Made by a program: the position numbers and the translations under genes. Shown in pieces: positions 11,001-18,846 of a stretch of 36,740 bases of DNA (positions within the stretch are counted from its first letter, which is position 1; every line of letters starts with the position of its first letter). Under the pieces are notes generated by a model. The model did not search any database. It was not told the origin of the DNA and saw only the letters and a list, made by a program, of their open reading frames with translations. The DNA is taken from IMG/VR virus record IMGVR_UViG_3300020464_000011, positions 1 to 36,740 of that record; one strand, written 5' to 3'. Source of the stretch: a virus. Taxonomy: Duplodnaviria > Caudoviricetes.

Positions 11001-11286
11001 AGGAAACCCGGATCAAGTCCCAGCCAACATGGCTGAGCTTGGCATTGTGCCAGTAAATGTTCGTGTTAAGCGCAGATATAGCTCATTTAAAGATGGGCTG
11101 GAAAGATTGATGAATTCTAGAGAATATCGCAATTCTACGGACAAAGAGAAAAAGTCCTTAATTACATCACTTAACGATTCATTTATGGATGCCGCATTTC
11201 AAGTCCTGTCTGACATGCCCGGCAATGAGCGAATAGGGGAAGCCGCCAGAGATATTGAATCTCTCAAAAAGGATGAATTATTATGA
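8008..11286 (+). CDS. Large internal virion protein (gp16-like)
   Basis: 1092 aa; YINGLLSGPKTQFKNIGGN, PTRLLLGGDDFFK and ILPFATAPTN motifs recalled from the largest core protein of this podovirus type; directly precedes the tail fibre. Confidence 0.7.
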   Translation: MSIQMPPSETEQLAQLNENAMRDVAQGGVTEFASDPGIQVAGRGDIVKGLFQLFKGVGKNEPAGPPTATGEKPTGKKGIDVKPRVPAEGNLEPDELAYRDTQSMSAAKTLSDDGQAKFKEQGNRATDLSPSGQRLAQALSEADEAVELTPDQQLRATITDSQRGVTADKQGFNLTEDSAGVASQSQADEVIEAASLEEGYLRSIKDGAPFNWDRIKQPDDVKALIQAVSDSLPDQQQAATRGVISNADTVEAATSQLADSLGLTRSILKRKRGTAFANAAEATAARMLLSDSAKKLADLAKQVKEGGGDAVMLQFRRQLAIHNGIQLQIKGAQTEAARLLQSFNIPVTEGMAPDAVALMNMDVIEASGGAKSLMRAADGLLKAAENGEGAFNQAAQKGIMSRFRQGAEHLYINGLLSGPKTQFKNIGGNMLFMIMQVPEEFIAGGIGAAERGIRRAVGAEIDYTQQRYMSDVLARWTGYYKSFGDALSAAAMAVKTNQPGDAVSKVEMNSYRSASLGDTPLARALDYFYKGTSLPTRLLLGGDDFFKVLSQNGELYAKANRQYKAALASGMTQRQAQDEAAMVLLSPRQFADELDVKGRYDTLMTDLGQFGKSASALQNTWFGRYILPFATAPTNDILRTLERTPIGLAHPEIYGKDAGKRQIKLARLASGGVIMSMTAMYAGQGRITGATPKDKKIREKLPPGWQAYSFVFRGDDFPVDADGEPLPLFNSFGAPNGPLKYISYSGMGPLASTIGIAAGAMQKMSLARTAEERQSVAAAAVFAVSDYFRELPMLQGVAQVLTALERGDPDFITRGPLGSMNLVPGIPNPLSALTRTVERIGDNTVTKTGANYDIYTRDDVIRMTDANELKLGPNGNYDFRWVGMPKGDAGEQMFNAVHNGYLNMVATNVFADNKYAEIPRYDSLGRLVTDGPTYEEAPYTRLYNAFSPMVIGASEDQPAYVDELVRLDWPVPMQPANRVVKGIKLTEMQLSNLVWIAKGNPDQVPANMAELGIVPVNVRVKRRYSSFKDGLERLMNSREYRNSTDKEKKSLITSLNDSFMDAAFQVLSDMPGNERIGEAARDIESLKKDELL

Positions 11287-14147
11287 CAATTAGCACCACA
11301 AACATCACCAAGTCATATAATGGCAATGGGTCTACGCATTCATTCGCTTATGATTTCCCCATCTTTGCTGATGCCGATTTAACAGTGATTGTGCGCTCAG
11401 CGGCTGGAACTGAAAGTACAAAAACCCTAAACACCCATTACATTGTCACTGGCGCTGGTTCATCCTCTGGCGGCAATGTGTTGTTTAAGTTCAACACCGG
11501 CACCAGTTCTGACGCGCATTATAGTGCAACGGATCATCGCCCGGCGAATGGCGAAACTGTTGTGATTAGGTCAGAGCTGGCAAACACGCAAACCCTAGAT
11601 CTTGTTGCTAACGATCCATTCCCGGCAAGTAGCTTTGAGGACGCGCTTGATCGATTGGTGCGAATGGTACAGCAACATGATGAGGAACTAGACCGCTCTC
11701 TTAAATTGTCACGCACAAACACAATGACAAGCACTGAGTTTGCAACAAGCGCAACTGATCGTGCGTCTAAAGTTTTGGCATTTGACAGCAGCGGTGAGCT
11801 TAGCGTTACCACTGAGCTTGGCACATTTAAAGGCAACTGGGCAGCGTCAACAACCTACGCCATCAGGGACATAGTCAAGGACACAAGCACCAACAATATT
11901 TTTATAGCCACAGCAGCACACACCAGCTCTGGCTCTCAGCCGCTAACGACTAACACCGACAGCGCAAAATGGTCATTGCTTGTTGATGCAGCGTCTGCAA
12001 CCACCAGCCAGACTGCCGCCGCAACAAGCGCAAGCACAGCATCTGATCACCGGGCTGATGCCGCCAAGTATGCAGTCACAGCGCACAATTCAACATTCAC
12101 ACTTTCATCCACAAACAGTGGAACCAGCGGTTTATATTCCGCGCTTCATTACGCAACAGAAGCTGCATCAAGCGCGTCAACAGCTACTAGTCAGGCTACC
12201 GCAGCAACGACTGCGAAGACAGCCGCTGAGACAGCCTTAGATAGTTTTGATGATCGGTTTCTTGGCGCAAAAGGCTCAGATCCATCGACTGATAATGACG
12301 GCAATGCTTTACTTACATCAGCCCTTTATTGGAACAACAGCGATGGTTTGAAGGTTTACAATGGTTCAGCATGGGTTTTGGTCAAACCATCATCAAGTGA
12401 GCAAGCTAACATCAATACTTTGGCCGGGATAAGTAGCGATGTAACAACCCTGTCTAACGCGCTGTCTGCAACAACGACTTATACGGTTACTGTTGCAAGT
12501 GTTGGCGGCTCAAATGTTTTTGTTTTGGATGGATCTAATAATCCTGCAATTCAGCTTGACCGTGGCAACACTTACATTTTTGACCAATCTGATGCCAGCA
12601 ATTCTGGTCATACACTAGCTTTCAAGAATGGATCTAGCAGTTACACCACTGGTGTTACAACCACTGGCACAGCCGGGCAGGCTGGGGCTAAAACAACAAT
12701 TATTGTTGATGCTGGTGCGCCATCAAGCGGGCTTCTCTATTATTGTGTCGCTCATGGCAATGCGATGGGTAACAGCATTACAACTGTTACAAATAACTTT
12801 TCTGTGGTTGCTAGTAACATAGGTAATATCAATACAGTCGCAGGGGCCAATACCAACATTGGATCTGTTGCCGGTTCTATAGCCAATGTGAATACGGTGG
12901 CTGGCACCCTTACTGCTGTAAATTCATTTAATGATTTGTTTACGGCTGGCTCATCCGCGCCATCATCGCCTAGTGCTGGTGATCTTTGGTACGACACAGC
13001 AAACAGCCAGCTAAAAGTTTATGTGGGTTCTGCATTTCAAATAGCTGGTGCATATCTGCAAGGCTTAACAACAACGCATGTGTTTACAGCAACAAGCAAT
13101 CAAACAACCTTTACGACTGACGATGCCAGCCAAACTATGTCTATACATGCTAATGGCAACACACTGGTCTTTAAGAATGGTATTCGTTTAGTCGAAGGTT
13201 CCAACAGTTCAACAAACGATTATCACATCAGCGGCAACAATGTAGTTCTGAACGCTGGTGCTACGGCTGGTGACATACTCTATGTTGAGGTGTTTACAAA
13301 GATTAGCACGACACAAGAACAATCTCTAAATACTCTTGTTTCAAACGCAACAACTCAAGCTAATACAGCCACAACTCAAGCAACCAATGCAGCAACAAGT
13401 GCAACCAATGCTGCTGGATCAGCTACAACAGCAACAAATCAAGCTACAACTGCGACAACTCAGGCAACTAACGCAGCATCAAGCGCAACGGCAGCACAAA
13501 CAGCACAGACTGCGGCTGAGACAGCACTGGATAGCTTTGATGACAGATATTTAGGAGCAAAGTCATCAGCGCCGACTACCGATAACGACGGAAACACGCT
13601 TCTTACTGGCAGCATTTATTGGAATAGCACAAACAACAAGCTGAATGTTTGGGATGGATCAGCGTGGCAGCAAGGGGCGTTTAGTGCTGGTAGTTTGCTT
13701 GCTAATGTTGTCGAGGACACAACGCCTGTGCTTGGAGGTTCGCTGGATGTTGGAACGAATAGTATTGTTTCTGTCAGCAACCGTGATATTAACATCACTC
13801 CTAATGGTTCTGGCTCTGTGGTTCTTGATGGACTGAACTACCCACAAGCCGATGGATCGGCTGGACAGTTTCTAAAAACTGATGGATCAGGCCAGCTATC
13901 GTTTGGCACTGTATCTACACCTAGCCTATCAAGTCTTGGCATAGCAAATCACGACAATCTTTCGGTTGATGGCAGTGGCAATGTTGCGCTTGGCTCAAGC
14001 AGCATAGCATTCGGTTCTAGCAAATGGACAATTGTCTTAGACGGCAATGATTTGGATTTTAAATATAACGGCACGACAGTATTCAAGCTGGCCTCAAATG
14101 GGGCTGTAACATCTGCTGATAATATCACAGCTTACGGGAGTCCATAA
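11283..14147 (+). CDS. Tail fibre protein (T7 gp17-like N-terminal anchor)
   Basis: 954 aa; N-terminal YNGNGSTHSFAYDFPIF...EDALDRL anchor; Ser/Thr/Ala-rich repeats. Confidence 0.9.
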   Translation: MTISTTNITKSYNGNGSTHSFAYDFPIFADADLTVIVRSAAGTESTKTLNTHYIVTGAGSSSGGNVLFKFNTGTSSDAHYSATDHRPANGETVVIRSELANTQTLDLVANDPFPASSFEDALDRLVRMVQQHDEELDRSLKLSRTNTMTSTEFATSATDRASKVLAFDSSGELSVTTELGTFKGNWAASTTYAIRDIVKDTSTNNIFIATAAHTSSGSQPLTTNTDSAKWSLLVDAASATTSQTAAATSASTASDHRADAAKYAVTAHNSTFTLSSTNSGTSGLYSALHYATEAASSASTATSQATAATTAKTAAETALDSFDDRFLGAKGSDPSTDNDGNALLTSALYWNNSDGLKVYNGSAWVLVKPSSSEQANINTLAGISSDVTTLSNALSATTTYTVTVASVGGSNVFVLDGSNNPAIQLDRGNTYIFDQSDASNSGHTLAFKNGSSSYTTGVTTTGTAGQAGAKTTIIVDAGAPSSGLLYYCVAHGNAMGNSITTVTNNFSVVASNIGNINTVAGANTNIGSVAGSIANVNTVAGTLTAVNSFNDLFTAGSSAPSSPSAGDLWYDTANSQLKVYVGSAFQIAGAYLQGLTTTHVFTATSNQTTFTTDDASQTMSIHANGNTLVFKNGIRLVEGSNSSTNDYHISGNNVVLNAGATAGDILYVEVFTKISTTQEQSLNTLVSNATTQANTATTQATNAATSATNAAGSATTATNQATTATTQATNAASSATAAQTAQTAAETALDSFDDRYLGAKSSAPTTDNDGNTLLTGSIYWNSTNNKLNVWDGSAWQQGAFSAGSLLANVVEDTTPVLGGSLDVGTNSIVSVSNRDINITPNGSGSVVLDGLNYPQADGSAGQFLKTDGSGQLSFGTVSTPSLSSLGIANHDNLSVDGSGNVALGSSSIAFGSSKWTIVLDGNDLDFKYNGTTVFKLASNGAVTSADNITAYGSP
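12219..12335 (+). repeat. Internal duplication in tail fibre, copy 1 (copy 2 at 13509-13625)
   Basis: TAAETALDSFDDRFLGAKGSDPSTDNDGNALLTSALYWN versus TAAETALDSFDDRYLGAKSSAPTTDNDGNTLLTGSIYWN. Confidence 0.9.
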
Positions 14148-14380
14148 TGGCAACAACTAAAGCTCTAAAAATGGCTGACCTCATCGACAATAATGGTGAT
14201 GTTCAAGCTGCAAACTTAGATAATGTGGCGGCATTCCCTTCTGGCTGGGATGCAGCATTGGATGGCTCTGACATGGTTTTCAGATACACCTCTGGCGGTA
14301 CAACTACTGAGGTTTTCAAAATAACCACGGCTGGAGCTGTGATCGCAAAAGACAATATAACAGCGTATGGAACTCCGTAA
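14147..14380 (+). CDS. Mini tail-fibre protein paralogous to the fibre tip
   Basis: 77 aa; ends VFKITTAGAVIAKDNITAYGTP, matching the fibre end VFKLASNGAVTSADNITAYGSP; TAATG coupling on both sides. Confidence 0.75.
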   Translation: MATTKALKMADLIDNNGDVQAANLDNVAAFPSGWDAALDGSDMVFRYTSGGTTTEVFKITTAGAVIAKDNITAYGTP

Positions 14381-15471
14381 TGGCTATAGCAGCATCAGGC
14401 ACAGTATCGTTTAGTGATTTAAGAACTGAGTTTGTTGGCGGTTCGTCATCAATTTCTCTTGGTGACTTGTATCGTGGTGGCTCTAACATTTTGTCAAAGG
14501 CTGGTGACAATACAGCAACTAATCTTGCTGCGTCTGTTCCAACAAGCGGAACAATAAACATTGGCAATTTTTACAGCGCAGCTAAAGGGTTTAAGTTTAC
14601 TTACTCAAGCGATGCCAGCAATCAAAATTTTAGTACAGTTTTTGGTGACGATTACGATGTCAATTACCCCAAAATTGTAGACATTAATTCTGGTGTTAGC
14701 GTCTATGGCACTAACACTCACGCAATCACTATCCCTTCTGGGTTAGCTGGGGGGCTGACATTAAATAATGCTGGCACTGTTTACGGCTATGGTGGTGCTG
14801 CAAACGGAGGGGCAGGTGGCAATTGCATTAGCTGTGCTACATCGGGAGTAACTATAAATAACAGTGCTAATCTGTTTGCTGGCGGCGGCGGCGGGGGCCA
14901 AGGGGGAACAGGGGGCGGCGGCAGTTATACAACCACCAGTTATAGCTATAGCCGAGGAAGCTACGATTGGATGTGTTATTCAAATGGAAACTGTTATGTG
15001 AACCTGTTTGGTATTTCCCCTAATTATCATTGTCATTGCATGGGTTACTGCTGGATGTCTACCTCAGATACCACTTGTACCATTGGTGGGGTTCTCCGTC
15101 GTAAAGGAAGTTTACACACTACTGACCAAGATGGTGATGGCAATGTCACTGCCTATCGTTATTACCTTGGTTCCGATACTGCTAATTCTACATCAGGTGG
15201 GGCTGGTGGGGCTGGCGGTGCAGGACAGGGCTACAATGTCACAAACGCATCAGGTGCGGCTGGATCGGCTGGCGGCACATCAGCTGGAACTGGCGGTGCT
15301 GGCGGGGCTGGAGCCACTTACGGACAGGCTGGGTCTGCTGGCAGTTCAGGTGCTAACGGAAACGCATCAAATGGAAGTGCTGGCTCTGCTGGTGGAGCTG
15401 CCGGGGCTGCTGTGGCTGGGACAAGCGTGACCATGAACAATACTGGGACGATTCACGGAGCAGTTGCTTGA
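14380..15471 (+). CDS. Glycine-rich adhesin / receptor-binding tip protein (T-even gp38-like)
   Basis: 363 aa; N-terminal SGTVSFSDLRTEF..ISLGDLYRGG..VPTSGTI; polyglycine tracts flanking a non-repetitive insert. Confidence 0.7.
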   Translation: MAIAASGTVSFSDLRTEFVGGSSSISLGDLYRGGSNILSKAGDNTATNLAASVPTSGTINIGNFYSAAKGFKFTYSSDASNQNFSTVFGDDYDVNYPKIVDINSGVSVYGTNTHAITIPSGLAGGLTLNNAGTVYGYGGAANGGAGGNCISCATSGVTINNSANLFAGGGGGGQGGTGGGGSYTTTSYSYSRGSYDWMCYSNGNCYVNLFGISPNYHCHCMGYCWMSTSDTTCTIGGVLRRKGSLHTTDQDGDGNVTAYRYYLGSDTANSTSGGAGGAGGAGQGYNVTNASGAAGSAGGTSAGTGGAGGAGATYGQAGSAGSSGANGNASNGSAGSAGGAAGAAVAGTSVTMNNTGTIHGAVA

Positions 15472-15608
15472 CGGCTGATGAACGATACGAGATTTGCAAG
15501 GTTTGTGAGTTTTTTAGATCAACTATCAAGCAATGCAAAAAATGTGGTTGTTTCATACCACTTAAAATTAAACTAGAAGGGCAGAAATGCCCATTGAGGA
15601 AATGGTAA
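15468..15608 (+). CDS. Small Cys-rich protein (DUF6171-like), absent from the ORF track
   Basis: Hand translation MTADERYEICKVCEFFRSTIKQCKKCGCFIPLKIKLEGQKCPLRKW (46 aa); TTG start overlaps the upstream TGA; GGAG RBS; its TAA overlaps the next ATG. Confidence 0.8.
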   Translation: MTADERYEICKVCEFFRSTIKQCKKCGCFIPLKIKLEGQKCPLRKW

Positions 15609-15970
15609 TGACTGATTATAGCATTGAAAAAATTGAGAATGGCATTGCCACAGTTCGGTATGCGGATGATAGTTGGGCTGAGTTGGTGCTTTCCAACGAT
15701 ATGACGGAAGCTCAACTTGATGATCTGGCTCATAAGTTCGCACCGAAACAAGGCGTTGCTCCTTCTTTTGCAACCGTCGGTTTCAAGTCTACAGCGAGTG
15801 CTTTGCCTGTTGAGATCGACGAAACGCCAGAAACTCCAGCTTGGCTTAAAGCAAGAATGGATGCCTACGGTACAGTAGACGGTCAAATCGAATACATCAC
15901 AGAGAATGGGCTTGATAAGTGGCAAGAACACGTTGCACAGATCAAAGCCGATAATCCGAAGCCAGAATAA
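15608..15970 (+). CDS. Putative tail fibre assembly/chaperone protein
   Basis: Start moved to ATG 15608 (coupled); C-terminal RMDAYGTVDGQIEYI..WQEHVAQIKADNPKP is typical of small fibre-associated proteins. Confidence 0.55.
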   Translation: MTDYSIEKIENGIATVRYADDSWAELVLSNDMTEAQLDDLAHKFAPKQGVAPSFATVGFKSTASALPVEIDETPETPAWLKARMDAYGTVDGQIEYITENGLDKWQEHVAQIKADNPKPE

Positions 15971-16006
15971 TTCTGCCGCTTATCGCACCGAAAATCGAGA
16001 CATATT

Positions 16007-16507
16007 ATGGAGCCTATCACCACCGCATTAGCGGCAGTCAGTGCTGCGTCTGCCAGCATAAAGTTTTTGAAAGAACGCATCTCTGATGCACAAGACGCAA
16101 AAGAGATTTTTGGCCATGTGTCCCGATTAATGGATTGCGAAAAGGCAATCAATGCAGACCAAGCAAAACACTCATCCGTTGGTGAGATTAGTCTTAAAAG
16201 CACAATAGATCATGGCATTCAAAAGCGATTAATCCGTGAATCCCTACAAGACGCAAAATTGCAAATTGATCTTAGATTCGGCCCCGGTACATATCAGTCG
16301 TTTATTGACGATCACGCCAAAGCAGTCAGGCAAGCTAAAGAGAAAGAGGCCCAAGCGCGCAAAGAGATTTTGCGTAAAGCTAAAGAAACTGAGGATGCGG
16401 TTAAGAGCGCGCTCATCGCCACTTTTATCGTCATCTGTGTAGTGGCCTTGTTTGTCTTTATGTTTGCGGTGATTGCGCGTAGTGCGATAGAGGTAATAAT
16501 CCTATGA
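16007..16507 (+). CDS. Hypothetical membrane-anchored protein (lysis region)
   Basis: 166 aa; coiled-coil followed by a C-terminal hydrophobic helix. Confidence 0.65.
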   Translation: MEPITTALAAVSAASASIKFLKERISDAQDAKEIFGHVSRLMDCEKAINADQAKHSSVGEISLKSTIDHGIQKRLIRESLQDAKLQIDLRFGPGTYQSFIDDHAKAVRQAKEKEAQARKEILRKAKETEDAVKSALIATFIVICVVALFVFMFAVIARSAIEVIIL

Positions 16508-16836
16508 AAAAACTTAGCGCTGATAGCAAGTTGAACCCGGCAGATCTCGACAACGATGGCGAGATTAGCAACGCAGAGCTGGATCGGCATGAGCGCCAGA
16601 TCACCATTGAGAATAACGACAAGCTTCAAGACCAACAGCGCCTCATTTGTTGGGTGAGTGTCGCTGCCAGCGCCATCAGCATTCTATTAGTCGTGTTTCC
16701 CTTTATAAGCCCCGACAGGGTGCCTCTGGTCACCTCACTGCTGTCAACCTACGTTGTTGCCAACATGGGCATTGTAGCGGCGTTTATGGGGGCTACAGCA
16801 TTTAGCCGGGCTAAAGAAGCACAGCGGCCACGCTGA
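16504..16836 (+). CDS. Two-TM membrane protein with EF-hand-like loop (holin/antiholin candidate)
   Basis: DLDNDGEISNAE followed by two hydrophobic segments; ATGA overlap. Confidence 0.6.
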   Translation: MKKLSADSKLNPADLDNDGEISNAELDRHERQITIENNDKLQDQQRLICWVSVAASAISILLVVFPFISPDRVPLVTSLLSTYVVANMGIVAAFMGATAFSRAKEAQRPR

Positions 16837-17039
16837 TGTGGCAGGCGCTAGTCACAGTCTGTTTTATAGCAAACATGGAAAAGTGCGTAACTTTAGAAAG
16901 CCAACAGTGGTTTGAGACAGAGCTGAGCTGCAAGCGCAGAGCGCTTGAGATGGCGGGTGATGTCAACCGCTACATGAAAAGCCACAAGCCGGTCAGGTAC
17001 AAATGCCGATATCTTGCTGGGGGGATGTTGACTAAATGA
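16836..17039 (+). CDS. Hypothetical protein
   Basis: 67 aa, four Cys, translationally coupled at both ends. Confidence 0.6.
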   Translation: MWQALVTVCFIANMEKCVTLESQQWFETELSCKRRALEMAGDVNRYMKSHKPVRYKCRYLAGGMLTK

Positions 17040-17248
17040 CTGAAGAAAAGAAAAAGCCAGTTTCTATGAATGTTGGGCAGAATAGTTTTGAGCTTATTCT
17101 GAGGATTTTAGGCAATGAGTTTGTTGCCATAAAAATCGGCTCAACAAATTTTAGCGGCAAGCTGATCGCTGGGTCAGTCTTGTTGTTGTTCTTCACATTT
17201 ATAATGCTTGAGGTGTTTGGCTTGTCCAAAGTGTTGGGGGTTGAGTAA
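17036..17248 (+). CDS. Small membrane protein
   Basis: 70 aa with a C-terminal TM helix; coupled starts and stops. Confidence 0.6.
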   Translation: MTEEKKKPVSMNVGQNSFELILRILGNEFVAIKIGSTNFSGKLIAGSVLLLFFTFIMLEVFGLSKVLGVE

Positions 17249-17652
17249 TGCTTAATTTATTAGTTGGCCCAATCGCTGAGCTGGCTGGCGGCTGGTTAAA
17301 ATCAAAAGCACAGACCAAGGCGGCTGAGACTGAAGCCAAGGTTGCGATGAAAAAAGCTGAAGCCAAAGTCTATGAGACTGAAGCAACATCATCGATGCTC
17401 ATGGAACAGCAGCTCACCAAGCAAATGGAATCATCGTGGAAAGATGAATTTTGGGTAATAATTTTTGGCGCGATTCTGTGCGGCTGCTTCCTGCCTTGGA
17501 CACAGGAATATGTAAAGAATGGTTTTATATTCCTAGATGAGTACACGCCAGAATGGTTTGCAAATTGTTTGTACATTTCTATCAGCGCCAGCTTTGGATA
17601 TCGGATTGGTAAAGCCGGGATCGGAGCAATTGCAAAGAGGGGCGGCAAATGA
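17248..17652 (+). CDS. Putative holin (3TM type)
   Basis: SSWKDEFW followed by TM helices and a basic tail; directly precedes the endolysin. Confidence 0.65.
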   Translation: MLNLLVGPIAELAGGWLKSKAQTKAAETEAKVAMKKAEAKVYETEATSSMLMEQQLTKQMESSWKDEFWVIIFGAILCGCFLPWTQEYVKNGFIFLDEYTPEWFANCLYISISASFGYRIGKAGIGAIAKRGGK

Positions 17653-18110
17653 ATTTATCACGAAACTTTACACTTGCTGAAATGTGCAAGTCTCAGACGG
17701 CTGAGCGCAAAGGCATCCCCAACGAGCCTACAGACGGACAGATCGAAGCGCTGATTATGCTGTGCGAAAATATATTGCAGCCGGTACGCGATGAGTTTGG
17801 TTCGTTTATTGTTTCATCAGGCTTCAGATCCCCGGAGCTGTGTTTGGCAATCGGATCAAAAGTTACCAGCCAACATTGCTGCCCGGATAACCTATCAGCC
17901 GCTGCCGATTTTGAGGTGGCTGGCTATGACAACTTTGATCTGTGTGTCTGGATCCAAGACAACCTAGTGTTCGATCAGCTTATTCTAGAATGCTACAACG
18001 GCGAGGCGAACAGCGGCTGGGTGCATTGCTCTTACGCAGCAATCGACAACCGGGCTGATGTGCTTACCTACGACAGAACGAATGGATACAGAAAAGGGTT
18101 GATCGCTTGA
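17649..18110 (+). CDS. Endolysin, peptidase M15 family
   Basis: LSRNFTLAEM, SSGFRS, SQH, AADF, DQLILE and WVHCSY zinc-peptidase motifs. Confidence 0.9.
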   Translation: MNLSRNFTLAEMCKSQTAERKGIPNEPTDGQIEALIMLCENILQPVRDEFGSFIVSSGFRSPELCLAIGSKVTSQHCCPDNLSAAADFEVAGYDNFDLCVWIQDNLVFDQLILECYNGEANSGWVHCSYAAIDNRADVLTYDRTNGYRKGLIA

Positions 18111-18376
18111 GCAAGACACCCGCATGGCAAAGAAAAGAAGGTAAGTCCCAATCTGGTGGGCTTAACGAGAAGGGCCGCAAATCAGCGAAAGCGCAAGGGC
18201 ATAACCTAAAGCCGCCGGTCAGTAGCAAGATGGCAGCAAAGTCTGAAAAAGCGAAGAAACGCCGGGATAGTTTTTGCAGCAGAATGGGCGGCATGAAAAA
18301 GAAACTAACCAGCGCCAAGACGGCGCGAGATCCTAATAGTCGGATCAACAAAGCATTGCGGAAATGGGATTGTTAG
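18107..18376 (+). CDS. Basic conserved phage protein (DUF6321-like)
   Basis: PAWQRKEGKSQSGGLN...RRDSFCSRM...SRINKALRKWDC pattern common in marine phages; TTG start. Confidence 0.75.
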   Translation: MSKTPAWQRKEGKSQSGGLNEKGRKSAKAQGHNLKPPVSSKMAAKSEKAKKRRDSFCSRMGGMKKKLTSAKTARDPNSRINKALRKWDC

Positions 18377-18388
18377 AGAGGATAAGCT

Positions 18389-18538
18389 ATGAGCCTTTAT
18401 GAAAATATGAACAAGCGTAAAAAAGCTGGAACCAGCCGATCAAAAAAAGACAGTACAGTTGATCCAAAAACTTACAGCAAGATGAGCCGTAAGGTTGGTG
18501 GCTTTGCAGAAAAGAAAAAGAAAAAGTCATACGCATAA
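18389..18538 (+). CDS. Small basic protein, absent from the ORF track
   Basis: MSLYENMNKRKKAGTSRSKKDSTVDPKTYSKMSRKVGGFAEKKKKKSYA (49 aa); GAGG RBS. Confidence 0.7.
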   Translation: MSLYENMNKRKKAGTSRSKKDSTVDPKTYSKMSRKVGGFAEKKKKKSYA

Positions 18539-18562
18539 TTGGATACAGATTGGATACGCTTT
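18539..18562 (+). repeat. attP left arm-type direct repeat (TTGGATAC x2)
   Basis: TTGGATAC-AGA-TTGGATAC-GCTTT about 80 bp left of the core. Confidence 0.75.
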
Positions 18563-18643
18563 TGCTAAAGTAAGCAGCGTATAAACCTTCTTTTATGTGG
18601 CGCAAAACCTAAGAAAATAGCCTTCAACACCCTTAAATATCGC

Positions 18644-18689
<46 letters not shown>

Positions 18690-18704
18690 TTTATTTTATA
18701 ATAA

Positions 18705-18717
18705 TATCAGTATATTA
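18705..18717 (+). promoter_or_regulatory. IHF consensus site in attP
   Basis: TATCAG-TATA-TTA is a full match to WATCARNNNNTTR, between the core and the right arm, with AT-rich flank. Confidence 0.6.
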
Positions 18718-18719
18718 AT

Positions 18720-18753
18720 AGCCCTCGGCCTTAACTGGCCGGGGGCTTTTTTT
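18720..18753 (+). terminator. Intrinsic terminator (would end the restored tRNA transcript after integration)
   Basis: AGCCCTCGGCC-TTAACT-GGCCGGGGGCT followed by a T run. Confidence 0.85.
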
Positions 18754-18757
18754 GCGT

Positions 18758-18777
18758 TTGGATACAATTTTGGATAC
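18758..18777 (+). repeat. attP right arm-type direct repeat (TTGGATAC x2)
   Basis: TTGGATAC-AATT-TTGGATAC about 70 bp right of the core. Confidence 0.75.
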
Positions 18778-18784
18778 GTTTTTG

Positions 18785-18820
18785 TTGCATTGCTTGACAC
18801 AATATGTCATAACTGATTCG
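18785..18820 (+). promoter_or_regulatory. Promoter of the integrase operon with overlapping repressor operator
   Basis: TTGCAT-17-CATAAC; operator TGACA-CAATA-TGTCA at 18795-18809. Confidence 0.65.
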
Positions 18821-18846
18821 TAAGGTATCAAACAAGGGAGCATAAA

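Noticed and set aside
12219-13625. Tail-fibre repeats as a diversity-generating retroelement TR/VR pair
   Set aside because: Differences are not adenine-specific, both copies are coding and internal, and no reverse transcriptase is present.
15008-15430. 140-aa hydrophobic alternative-frame ORF inside the adhesin, resembling a lipoprotein/spanin
   Set aside because: Leu/Val richness is the expected frame-shadow of Gly/Ala codons; no convincing RBS.
18814-18820. TGATTCG as a CcrM/GcrA-controlled site in the int promoter
   Set aside because: A single 7-mer between the -10 and the start site, not repeated at the other promoters; insufficient evidence.
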